32,000 bases of DNA from Wallemia ichthyophaga EXF-994 (GCF_000400465.1 NW_008806277.1:330001-362000), one strand, 5' to 3'; positions 1 to 10,098 are shown, counted from the first letter of the stretch. Numbers and translations: made by a program. The notes: generated by a model not told the origin, from the sequence alone.

Positions 1-433
1 GTCTTGCATTTCGAGCAGCTCGAGGAGAGTGCCGTTGCTGGCGAGTGGGAGTTGCAGTAAGAGGTCCGTATCCGTTTGGAACGCAGAGATCATCGGCATA
101 CAATGGCTGCTTTTGTGTGTCAACGCTAGCAGATGCACGCTGCGCTCGTTGTGTGGATTGCTGTACTGCAAGTATGCGTGAATAGCAGCGTTAATGAGAG
201 AAATACTAACGCACACTAATATGTCTCCTGCTAAAACCTTTATTCATCACCTTCAACGCGTAAAATGACCCATTCAGTCGGCATTTGGCTAGCTGAATTG
301 TGCCGAACTGCCCTTTGCTGATCAACTTGAGCGTCTTGAAATCTGTGCTGTTTATATGCAATTGATTATATTTTACATCATTTCCCTTAATATTTCTTAG
401 CTCCTTGCGACGTTTCAACCATTCTTCCATCAT
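1..433 (-). CDS. AGC-group Ser/Thr protein kinase (DMPK/MRCK/citron-like N-lobe), 3' partial; exons 433-215 and 165-<1
   Basis: DFKTLKLISKGQFGTIQLAKC...FYALKVMNK gives subdomains I-II. A phase-0 GTGCGT...TTGCAG intron (214-166, 49 nt) joins to YSNPHNERSVHLL...SAFQTDTDLLLQLPLASNGTLLELL (subdomains III-V). Subfamily call is by recalled similarity only. Confidence 0.8.
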
Positions 434-454
434 GTCGATGATGATGGCATCGGT

Positions 455-3045
455 TCAAGCGACGTACCGGTAAATCATCCGATTTTCAGTACGTTCGAGG
501 TATTCTCGCTGTTTGTCCCGTTAAAATGTCCTCATTATCTACTCCACACTTACCTCTATCAACGCCTCTATCCGCTTCTTGATCGCTTGCGGCGTGGGGG
601 CGAACCGCGAGCCTAGCATCTTTGAAGCTTCAATTACTATCTCGTTATGAGATGCTTGTTTCCTTGACTTCATTATCCTCACAACACACGCCTGTTTTAT
701 TTTTGTCAAATTTTCACTTTCTCACTTTCCACTAATCACACTCACGTCAGTCTGGTGCTTGCGCTCCTCCTCAACCTTTTCATCTGTTTCTTTTCGCTCT
801 TCGCTCGTCTCTACGCGGTTTGCTATCGTCGCTATCTTGATCTTGGCCAGTGGGGAGCTGAAGTTAAGATTGACGCGGAAGCTATCTGACGCGCGTACCT
901 CCTTCCCTTTAGGATCCTTCTCTAGCAGTTTATACTTACCGCATGCCAGCGTCTGCAGATTCCGCTTTAGTTCATTCTCGGGTATGTTAGTCGTCGACAG
1001 TATGTCACTGTACTTCAGCCACTTTCCATCCTCGACATCATCAAACAGCAGCAAAACGATGGCGCCGAGAGTCGACACATTCACATCGTATTTCCTCTCT
1101 TGGTACTCCACCTTCATGTCCACGGTCCCCTGCGTCACTTGCCATAGCATCCGTCTACCGCTGTGGCGCTGGAGGTAGAAACGCTCGTACTGCTGCTGCA
1201 TCCTCGTCATTACATCAGGCAGAGTTGCTGTGTTTACCTGTGCCGGCATTGGCCAGTACGAAGCGGTGAGAACATTTACATTCAGTTCGGCCTTGTCGGA
1301 GGGCTGTGAGGTGTATGAGAAGCGTGAAGCACAAGACATAAAGTCATCCCACCTTTTCTTTAATACTCAAGTGATTTTTATACGCTCTCATATTGTCTGC
1401 AGATGTGCGCATGTCTGTGTACAGTCATAGTTAGCATGAGTATCTCGCAAAAACCTCCACCAACCATTGAACATTCCCTCCATCTTTTGCGTAAACTGAA
1501 CTCCACATTCCACTTTCAGCTTGGCCAGCATTCCACGCTCGGCATCGTCAGACACTGACCTGCCCTGAATCAATCTGCGTGCAAGATGTCTCTTATAAAA
1601 CACCTCAAAGACATCCTTGTCAACGAGGAATCTAAACAAAACTATTGTCTGATCGAGCACCTCGTCTGCCTCATCTTCACTCTTTCCCTTGAGACCTTTC
1701 TTGAGGTTATCGTCGATGAAAAGGGAGATGAATTCTGAAGCTTTGGTGTTCATGTTGACAAAGTTTTCAAATCCTTCATTTATATATGTTTGGACATCCT
1801 CGTCGTGTTTAAAAGCCTTCTGCCAGAGATTGTCAAACTTTAGCTTGAGTTGGAGTGTCTGTTTGACCCATTGGAGGGCGAGATTGAGGGTGGAAACGTC
1901 ACTGGATGGAGGCTTCTTCGAGTCGTTTTTGGGTTCGTGTATGAGCGAGAAGACATCCGAGTTGATCGCCTGGCCGCGTCTAATGACGTCTTCTTTGATT
2001 GCTTTCCGCAGAGCAGGTGGACCGTGAGTGGGTATGAGATGAAAAAGGTTGTGAAGTCTTGAGAGGTCTTGAATAGCATCATTTTCAATCAAATCAACCA
2101 ATTGAGAGAGTATGTCAGGTATTTTGTTAGTCAGGAGTTCATTTTCGAGGACGTGCTGGTAAATGGGAGCTGTGTGGAGACTCAAGTAGTGCGAACAGCG
2201 ATTACTCTCCTCAATCAGCCTATCCTCGACCCTCCTGAGATAAGAAGGGATGTCATTCGACGCGAGGAAGTTGGAGGCTTCTTGGTTGTAGTACTTGACA
2301 CACTCCAATTCAAGTTGTGGCTCTAGTGACAAATTGTAAAGTGAAGAAAGTGAGTCAGAAGGCGGAACATAGCTGGATGGAGTGTTTGGAGGAGTCAATG
2401 ACAAACCTAATAGGATATCACAGCAGGATTTCAATACTGATCTGTTTATAACACAACCATCCCTTTCGAGATGTATTTGAGAGTGGATCGCGTTGAAAAG
2501 GGATGGTTGTATATCAGGGCATGTCTCAGAGTTGAAAAGGACGTGATCTCTGAACAAATTGAGACCGAGCTCCCAAGTATTGGCGACGTTGTTAGATGGG
2601 GTGTAAACTTTATCCATATACTTAAGCACATCGCGTAGCTTGCTCAATGCAGCGATGTGATCGTTCCAAAGGAGAAGAAGGGACTTCAAGAAGGATTCGC
2701 CCGAGTGGAGAGTGTGAGAGAGGGTAATGTCATGTGCCATGTAGCGCCTAGTGAGAGACCTGAGGAAGGAGACAGTGAGCTTGGACAGACCATCGTAGAG
2801 CTTATCGCCGTTCTTGTGGAGTACAAGGGTGTAGGCACTGCGATAGGTCTCCTCAAAAGACAGATTGGAAGCATTGTGGTTTTGGATTTCCTTGATAGCC
2901 ACCGAAAGCCTCTGCCAGGAATCCTCGAAAGATCTCCCGGCGTCGATCTGAGTAATTACGAGATGAATAAAGAAATAATAAATCAAATGTAAAATACCTT
3001 CTTTGGTGGTTTTATCTTTGGTTTCACTGGTCTTCTCGTCGACAT
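455..3045 (-). CDS. CUL3: Cullin-3 (E3 ligase scaffold), 6 exons: 3045-2998, 2947-1465, 1414-1353, 1303-746, 691-554, 508-455
   Basis: Spliced start MSTRRPVKPKIKPPKK|IDAGRSFEDSWQRLSVAIKEIQNHNASNLSFEETYR. Also has FRFLVDKDVFEVFYKRHLARRLI, the neddylation motif VVRIMKSRK and the end REYLERTENRMIYRYVA*. All five introns are GT-AG, 45-54 nt, and preserve the frame. The ORF-track start at 3100 is a GTG. Confidence 0.95.
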
Positions 3046-3080
3046 GATGATGGCTGTTCTGTTGAAGACTTACTATCGTC

Positions 3081-3596
3081 ATGACTGTAGCACCAGGCAC
3101 TCAAATACCACCAGCTTCCTTCAATTACATCCCCCACTCCAAAGACTCGGAATCAATCCAAGCCTGTGGAATTCCAATATCCCTCAACGCCCATGAGGAG
3201 TGGAAGGGCAAGCGAGTCGTCGTCATCAGCGTACCGGGCGCATTCACTCCGACTTGCCACGCCAACCACCTCCCCCCATTCGTCGCCAAGGCCTCTGAGA
3301 TCCACGATAAGGGCGCAGACGTCATTGCGTTTCTCAGCTCAAACGACCCGTTCGTGTTAAGTGCCTGGGCCAAGTCCGCGGGCGTGAAAGACAACTCTAT
3401 CATCTTCATCAGCGACGGCAACGCGGAGTGGTCAAAGCAATTGGGCCTCGACGTCGACCTCACTAGCAAGGGCATGGGCATGAGGTCCTCCCGCTACGCA
3501 CTCATTATCGACGACCTTAAATTGAGCTACGTTGCACAGGAAGAGCCAGGCAAATTACAAGTGAGCTCTGCAGATGCTATCCTCGCTAACCTGTAA
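3081..3596 (+). CDS. AHP1: Peroxiredoxin, Prx5/Ahp1/Pmp20 (Asp f 3-like) type, intronless
   Basis: PGAFTPTCHANHLP peroxidatic Cys motif, N-terminal ACGIP Cys, NDPFVLSAW, and GMRSSRYALIIDD. Confidence 0.93.
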   Translation: MTVAPGTQIPPASFNYIPHSKDSESIQACGIPISLNAHEEWKGKRVVVISVPGAFTPTCHANHLPPFVAKASEIHDKGADVIAFLSSNDPFVLSAWAKSAGVKDNSIIFISDGNAEWSKQLGLDVDLTSKGMGMRSSRYALIIDDLKLSYVAQEEPGKLQVSSADAILANL

Positions 3597-3822
3597 AGTG
3601 ATATAGCTGTGTATATCCATGTGAAATTTTTCAAAAAGCAATGGTAAACAAAACGGATATGTGAGCGGGATTGCGGGAGATAGCGCCAAATTGATTGACT
3701 GAGAATTACTCATAATACCCGAATTATGATACAGTTTATGATATCATGTGACGCCATTAGGGCTAGATTTTGTTCGATGATCAAGTCCTATTTTTGCGCA
3801 TTCACTTGGAAATCACTTTGAA

Positions 3823-4363
3823 ATGCAATTGTTTGTTGAGCAAGCAAAAAAATCGGCCGAAATCGACTCAAATTCCGTTATTCAAAGCGTGAGTGTCTTG
3901 TGTCTGTTGGGATTGAAGGTGCTCACAGAATCGCCAAAAGCACCCACGCCCACCAAATGAAGCAGCAGCCTTCTCCAAATATCACGAATCCCATCATCTA
4001 GCCACTTGCCGTGAGTTTCGAGGTTCACCTCAGTGGCATCACTCACTAATCCCGCTCAGCTTACTATCCTGAATCGAAAAATCTTACAGGAAATGAAGAA
4101 ATTGATTACAGCCCGATAAGCCCGAGAGCAACAACCTACGACCAGCTCACCCGTAAGCTCAGGAGTACCTCTATCAGTAGACGTGGGTCCCAGATAAAAA
4201 GTCTCAGTTTCGGAAAGGCGCCGCAGAGGAGAAATTCGGTGCACTCGACAACATCGTCGACTGTAATATCTCCGACGTTAGGCTATAAGGAGGACTACGG
4301 ATGTGCGGATGGATATAGTGGCAAGCTGTATAAGTAACTTTCTGCTGACGTTCAGGTGTATAA
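3823..4363 (+). CDS. Spliced orphan protein of about 132 aa (exons 3823-3888, 3929-4010, 4060-4302, 4356-4363); 141 aa ending at 4337 if the last intron is retained
   Basis: Introns GTGAGT..GCTCACAG (40 nt), GTGAGT..CTAAT..CAG (49 nt) and GTGCGG..GCTGAC..CAG (53 nt) join an ATG-initiated open frame MQLFVEQAKKSAEID...RRGSQIK...RRNSVHS...EDYGCV*. No recognisable family. Confidence 0.65.
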
Positions 4364-4380
4364 GTTTTTGTGTATCTGTA

Positions 4381-4410
4381 TATATGTTTGTATATGTTTG
4401 TATATGTGTT
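4381..4410. repeat. Short tandem repeat TATATGTTTG x2 plus a degenerate third copy, between convergent 3' ends
   Basis: Read directly: tatatgtttg tatatgtttg tatatgtgtt. Confidence 0.8.
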
Positions 4411-4431
4411 TAACAGCCACGCCAACTATCT

Positions 4432-5398
4432 CTAACTGCTTTTCCTATTCCATTCCACTAGCTGATCGAACTTGACCTGAGTGCCGCCAAAGATATCAAG
4501 TGCGCTGTGGCTAGTGAGTTTACTTATATCGCAGTAAACATAGCCTACCTTCCATACGTAAGATCCACTTTGCCATGTGATAGGGTGTTCACTAGGTCCA
4601 AATCGTCAATGTCTGAGCAGTAAAAGTGAGAAACAAGACGAAAAGCACCATCAAAACCTACGCTTAGCACCGCCAGCGTATGTAGTTGGTATACTAACCC
4701 ACTCGCCGAGCTTCTGCACCAAATCCTCATCGATCCCATTACACAAACCCTCTACATCGGCAGCGTGGATGAGGAATTCTGAGCAAAACTGGCTAATCAA
4801 GCTGATAGAATCCTGTGTGACCTCCATATCGGTGAGGGTCTGCCATTTGTTCATGGCTACCACCCAGCGATTATCACGACGTCTGCAACTGAGATCCACG
4901 ACGAGTCTGTGCCTTCCAACAGACTGGGATACACTGCGCAGCCTCTCTAAGCTGAAAGAAGCGTCTGGGAAGAGGAAGCTAGTTACGATAACCTGAAATG
5001 GGTCTTGTGAGTTAAGCAAATGACGTGCAATCACGATAAGCCACCTTCTCTGCACCGGCCACAATCCACTGCTCTGCATTAGCGTCATTAATCCCACCGC
5101 CTACATGCATCGCGTCTGCATAAACAGCTTTAGTGCTTTGATAACGGCTATGTGGTGCAATCTACACACCGGGCCACGCTGCGACGGCGGAGAGGGCTGC
5201 ATCGTCATTTCCTGCGCCTAATTTTATTATGTGTCCGCCGATAAGCCCGTTATCGTGGTAAAGTCGCGCGTACTCTGCTGGAGCCATCTCTGCGACAAAG
5301 TTGGTGTGTAACGCCGCGGGATCGTTCGATAGAGTACCGCCAACGATCTGCTTGACGACGCCGCTGTGTAGATCGATGCACGGTCTGAATTTTGTCAT
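4432..5398 (-). CDS. HIS6: ProFAR isomerase (histidine biosynthesis), 5 exons
   Basis: [84 protein letters not shown]. Canonical introns; stop TAG at 4434-4432. The ORF-track start at 5401 is a TTG; the ATG is at 5398. Confidence 0.95.
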
Positions 5399-5454
5399 CA
5401 AAGGTTTTGCGTGTTGGGTGTTTTGAGCAAACCACCAACAGCAGCTATAGCACC

Positions 5455-7173
5455 ATGTTCAGGGCATTCCCCAATTCGGCAGTTAGAGTTGCCGGTGTTA
5501 GAGTTGCCGGCGTCTCGGCTCGGCGTATCAGTACACAGCCAGGCTCGGGCTCAGGCTTAGGCTCGCGCACACGCAACACACAACATCCCCACACTCACCA
5601 CTCACGCTCACACTCACACCCACGCCCACGCAAACCCACTTACGACGGCACTGGGAAGTTGCAGGCGAATGACTCGTACTTGCTCAGCCAGCGCGTCCGG
5701 GAGCTCAGCCAGCGTAGCAAATTCGACGAGGCACTTAAATTGGTCCTTAGTGAGAGCAGGGGCGAGGGGCTAGCGAATGTTGTTGTGTGGAACCAGCTTC
5801 TACAGGAATCCCGCGTGGCTCAAAACTCAAATCCCACAGAGACATACAAACTTTTTATGGACATGAAAAAAAGAGGTATCACCCCTAATTCCCGCAGCTA
5901 TACTATTCTTTTTAGAGCTTTTAGCGGCGGCGAGAAAGATCGTCCGTCAAAGAAGACTCTCGAGGCTGCATTGACCGTCTTCCGCCAGTTAGGCAGCTAC
6001 CACGCTTACCTGCGCGAGGAAATGGATGAAGAAATTATCCAAGAGGAAAGCAGTGTTCTTCCTATCAACGCTTACCTCGCTCTTCTCGCTAAAGTGGCCC
6101 ATTCTTACGAAATGATGAAAATTTTCGACGATATGGCTCAATCTGGCCCTAGCTCACCCGACCTGTACACCTACACCACCATCTTCCAGGGTCTACTACG
6201 CGCTGGCCAGGCAGAGGATGTGGAGCGTGGCCATGAGTTGTGGCGGGTGTATATCGCGCGTCTGAAACAGGCCAGTATTGATGCAGATAACGGCGCAGAT
6301 AATGCCACACAATCGCTCCAACGCCTCACCCCAGACACAGCACTCATCTCGAATGTCCTCCGTCTGTTCACAAAAGGCACGCCGAAAGACTGCAAAGCGG
6401 GTTTAATGATAGCCCACACCTTCCTCTCCGTCCCGGCCCCATCACCGTTTATAGAGAGACAAAAAGGGTATCTACCGCGAGTCGAACTGAACGACCGCGT
6501 CATAGATTCTCTATTCCACCTCGGTCTGGCTGCTGGGCGGCCGTCACTGGTGATACGTCATGCAGATCACCTCCTCAACCAGGAAAAGGTGCGCTCGTTT
6601 CTTCGCACGCGCAGCATGTTCTTCGCCCTCCTCGCCTGTGCGCGGGAAGGAGATGCGGGGAAGGCAATTGAGTATCTGCGGGTGATGCGTTCGCTCAAGC
6701 ATGGACAGCCAGATGCACAGTCATTCGAGCAGGCCATGGCTGCTGCTATGAGGGCGCAAAATGCGTCGTACAAGAAGGCCTGCGAGGTGTGGGAGATGGT
6801 GCAGGCTACCAAGACACCCGTAGACATACGCATTATGAGCTCACTCATGAAGGCGTCGCTTAATGAGAGGGATGTGGATGTGTGGGATGCGCTGGAGAAG
6901 CTGAGCGGATTCCCACTCTCAGCTTTCTTCAATGCGAAAACACATGCAGCACACCCCAATGACTCTCGCGGCCAGCTCAAACATCAGCAATTCTGGGAAC
7001 ATAGACTCGCTAAGAGCCTTTTGCAGGCTGTAGATAGAGTGGGGCGGGGTGAACACGTGAATATCCCTGGTAAAACGCGTAGACATGACGAGATGCTGGA
7101 TGAATACGCCGACATGGCGAGAACGGTGTTAGGAGTGGAGCAGAGAGCACCCCGCAAGCAACACAAGCAATAA
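5455..7173 (+). CDS. Pentatricopeptide-repeat (PPR) protein, probably mitochondrial
   Basis: Arg/Ser-rich acid-free N-terminus from the ATG at 5455 (MFRAFPNSAVRVAG...). PPR-like starts NVVVWNQLL, PNSRSYTILF, PDLYTYTTIFQGL, PDAQSFEQAM and DIRIMSSLMKA. Intronless. Confidence 0.8.
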   Translation: MFRAFPNSAVRVAGVRVAGVSARRISTQPGSGSGLGSRTRNTQHPHTHHSRSHSHPRPRKPTYDGTGKLQANDSYLLSQRVRELSQRSKFDEALKLVLSESRGEGLANVVVWNQLLQESRVAQNSNPTETYKLFMDMKKRGITPNSRSYTILFRAFSGGEKDRPSKKTLEAALTVFRQLGSYHAYLREEMDEEIIQEESSVLPINAYLALLAKVAHSYEMMKIFDDMAQSGPSSPDLYTYTTIFQGLLRAGQAEDVERGHELWRVYIARLKQASIDADNGADNATQSLQRLTPDTALISNVLRLFTKGTPKDCKAGLMIAHTFLSVPAPSPFIERQKGYLPRVELNDRVIDSLFHLGLAAGRPSLVIRHADHLLNQEKVRSFLRTRSMFFALLACAREGDAGKAIEYLRVMRSLKHGQPDAQSFEQAMAAAMRAQNASYKKACEVWEMVQATKTPVDIRIMSSLMKASLNERDVDVWDALEKLSGFPLSAFFNAKTHAAHPNDSRGQLKHQQFWEHRLAKSLLQAVDRVGRGEHVNIPGKTRRHDEMLDEYADMARTVLGVEQRAPRKQHKQ

Positions 7174-7180
7174 CATTTGA

Positions 7181-7220
7181 ATGTATTCATGTATTCATGT
7201 ATTCATATATTCATATATTC
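7181..7220. repeat. 8-nt tandem repeat (ATGTATTC)x3 (ATATATTC)x2 just after the PPR stop
   Basis: Read directly from the sequence. Confidence 0.85.
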
Positions 7221-7298
7221 ATTATTTATTTTCTCTACGGGAATTTCCGGTTCGACGCGGCATCTCTCCGGCTTACGGCTTAGATCAACACACTGAGG

Positions 7299-9143
7299 AT
7301 GAAAATAACAGGCGCAACAAATATCCACAAATTAGGAGGCACTCAGGGGACACATGCAGCGCGGAACCTGATGCAGCTGACGCACTCTCCGTCGTGTGGC
7401 TGCTCGGCGTGTGGCAGTGGCAGTCGCAGTCTCAATTCTCAGAATGGGCCCGTCGGCGACAATGCATTTGAGGTGGGAGGCTAATTCTGCAGCGTAGAGA
7501 ATCACCTCACACCGCACTCTACACTCTACTCCAGATGCAATCGGCGGCTATCCGATTCGGTCATAACGTCACGAGAGAAGTCGGCCAAGATCTCGCGTCG
7601 ATGCGGGCGCGGATGGTGGGCGTGTACACGGATCCCACAGTAGCGCGACTGAGGCCAGTTAGAGCGGTGGGTGTGTGTCAGGTAGGTGTGCACCGCTAAC
7701 GCGCGTGCGCGTGCGCGTTTAGGTACTCGAGAGCCTCGAAGAGAACATGGTCCCACACAAGTTGTTCGAGCAGGTCAAATGTGAACCCAACGAAGACAGT
7801 TTGCAGGCAGCTATCGACTTTGCACGCCTGCACAACTTTTCCCATTTCGTTGCGTGAGCTAGGCCTAACTACTATCCGGACCACAAGCACTGACTATGGA
7901 TTCACAGCGTCGGCGGCGGCTCTACAATAGACACTACCAAAGTAGCCAACCTCTTCAGCGTTTACAAGAACGATCCTCTGCTCACCTTTGTCAATGCGCC
8001 CGTTGGGAAGGGGCAATTAGTGACGCAGCCGCTCAACCCGCTCATAGCGATTCCTACGACGGCCGGTACGGGCTCGGAGACGACTGGGCAGGCCATTTAC
8101 GATCATCAGAGCTTAGGCGCCAAGACGGGGATAGCGTCGCGCATGCTTAGACCCACTATGGGCATAGTGGATGCTTGGAATATCGACACATGTCCTGTGG
8201 AAGTGCATATAAGCGCTGGATTAGATACGCTATTTCACGCTCTCGAATCATACACCGCTATACCCTACACACAACGCTCACCACGCCCCCAGCACCCGTC
8301 GGAAAGACCCGCTTATCAGGGCGCGAACCCCATGTCGGATGTGTTTTCCCTCTGGGCACTCAAAACGACGGTCAAGAATCTGCCCAAGGTCGCAGCGGAC
8401 CCAACGGACAAACGCGCTAAAGAACAGATGCTCCTCGCTTCCACTTTCGCCGGCTACGGGTTCGGTACGGCTGGAGTGCACTGTGAGTCTTGAGGTTGTA
8501 AAAGTATGTGTTCTAACTGTGTCTTAGTATGTCACGCTTCTTCATACCCTGTAAGAAGGATTTTGATCATTAGAAACGAGAGAAGTCCTGACACTTTCAC
8601 AGATATCCGGCCTCAATAAGAAAGGTCCTCAGTATTGTCATCCGGGATATGAGGATGTAGGAGAAGCAATAATTCCACATGGCATCAGCGTCGCGTTGAC
8701 GGGACCAGCTGTGTTCAAGTTCACCACACCATCTAACCCCGCACGGCACCGCGAGGCTGCGGCTATCTTCGCTGGAATGGATATGGAACCGGCTGAGTGG
8801 GCCAGGCTTCCCGACAGCGATATCGGCCAGCTGCTCTAGTGAGTTGTGTGATTTTGTGGGGTGTATTGCTGACGTGAACTTTTCAGCGACCAGATTGTTG
8901 CTTTCTTGGGTAAGCTCGGCGTGCCAATGGGATTGAGCCGTGTGGGGTACACGCATTCGCATATTCCAGCACTGTGAGTCGGGTATCGGAGCGGGTAGAT
9001 GACTTTCTAATACAAACACTCTCAGCGTCGATGGCACGCTCCCGCAGAGGAGAGTCCTCAGTCTGGCGCCTAACTTTGACCCAGGTGTGGATGTGGCTAG
9101 GGAACATCTCGCTGGGATTCTCGAGTCGTCAATGAGGTATTGA
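7299..9143 (+). CDS. Hydroxyacid-oxoacid transhydrogenase (ADHFE1/HOT, iron-containing ADH family), 8 exons including a 23-nt microexon at 8528-8550
   Basis: DNAFE|[84 protein letters not shown] and [12 protein letters not shown]. All introns are GT-AG and frame-preserving. Confidence 0.92.
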
Positions 9144-9366
9144 GGGTAGTAATATTCAATGTCGCCACGATTATCATAATGCATAAAGCAGTCTAATGTA
9201 CATCTATAAATCCAACATGACATATGTCTTAAATCTATTCAAACAAATCGGCTCTCAGTACTTATTGGTAAAGTCAGTGAAGTGAGTTGCAATATGGTGG
9301 AGCGTGTCAATAGGTTTGATATTGAAGTTTTTTGTCTGACCTTTTGTGGCGTATTTAGCACGCATT

Positions 9367-9394
9367 TGACGCGTAGATGACGCGTAGATGACGC
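9367..9394. repeat. 11-nt tandem repeat TGACGCGTAGA x2.5 containing two ACGCGT (MluI/MCB-like) cores
   Basis: Read directly: tgacgcgtaga tgacgcgtaga tgacgc. Confidence 0.8.
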
Positions 9395-9560
9395 TTGCCG
9401 ATACGATTCCATCTGATAATGGATCAAATTTCGTTGAAAACCTCTCTACGATACGCTACTCTGCGGATGTCATCGAGGGTTCATTGGATGCACATTTTTC
9501 TTTTTAAATCTTACAAGAACGAAGAAAGTAGTAATATTGCAAGCCATTGTGATGATTACA

Positions 9561-9691
9561 ACGTCAAGTATTATGATCTGTGTGACGTCACCTTGATCAA
9601 TCTGATATTACCATGGATAGAAGAGAGAGCAGAGGAAGAGGAATGGTGTGGATTTGATAGGGCTTTCCAAGGATATCAACATCTACGTCAT
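9561..9691. promoter_or_regulatory. Cluster of ATF/CREB-like sites upstream of the Rtc3-like gene
   Basis: ACGTCA at 9561-9566, perfect palindrome TGACGTCA at 9583-9590, and ACGTCAT at 9685-9691. Function is inferred, and the sites overlap a possible small ORF. Confidence 0.35.
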
Positions 9692-9783
9692 AAATATCTA
9701 TCTGCTCATTAAAATTTATTTCAAGTCGTGGGGCCAAGGGATCCTAAGCGAAACGTCTTTTTCGTTCACAACGACAAACCAAA

Positions 9784-10098
9784 ATGAAGAGCACAACACA
9801 AGTATTCTACAAGCCATCACCTACCGAACACGAGACCTTCTCAGTGGTTGTAAACCCAGACGAGTACAAGAAGTGGTCACAAGGCGACAGGACGATCCCA
9901 TTGGTTGAAGTTGTCGACTCATTTGATATCTTCTACTCTGAACAAGGCTTCCAAGGCAAGTTGGGCAGAGCTTCAAAGCAGCAATTGGACAATGTTTTCG
10001 GTACTCACACTGATGACGTCGTCGTCGCAAAGATATTGGAAGCTGGTACTGATCAACCAACTGAATTGAGTGGTGGTAGCGCAATCAAGCATCGTTAA
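9784..10098 (+). CDS. RTC3: SBDS N-terminal-domain-only protein (Rtc3/YHR087W-like)
   Basis: QVFYKP...EYKKWSQGDRTIPLVEVVDSFDIFYSEQGFQGKLGRASKQQLDNVFGTHTDDVVVAKILEAG matches the recalled family pattern. Confidence 0.85.
   Translation: MKSTTQVFYKPSPTEHETFSVVVNPDEYKKWSQGDRTIPLVEVVDSFDIFYSEQGFQGKLGRASKQQLDNVFGTHTDDVVVAKILEAGTDQPTELSGGSAIKHR

Noticed and set aside
759-1178. 139-aa + strand ORF, and likewise 1689-2027 and 2657-2992
   Set aside because: Antisense shadows of the cullin-3 exons with no motifs of their own.
7240-7265. GGTTCGA, resembling a tRNA T-loop / B-box
   Set aside because: The flanks do not form a T-stem, and no acceptor stem or D-arm can be built.
9411-9419. ATCTGATAA iron-GATA (SreA/Fep1-type) motif
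   Set aside because: About one chance hit is expected in 32 kb, another copy lies inside DID4 coding sequence, and it is not near the ferric reductase promoter.
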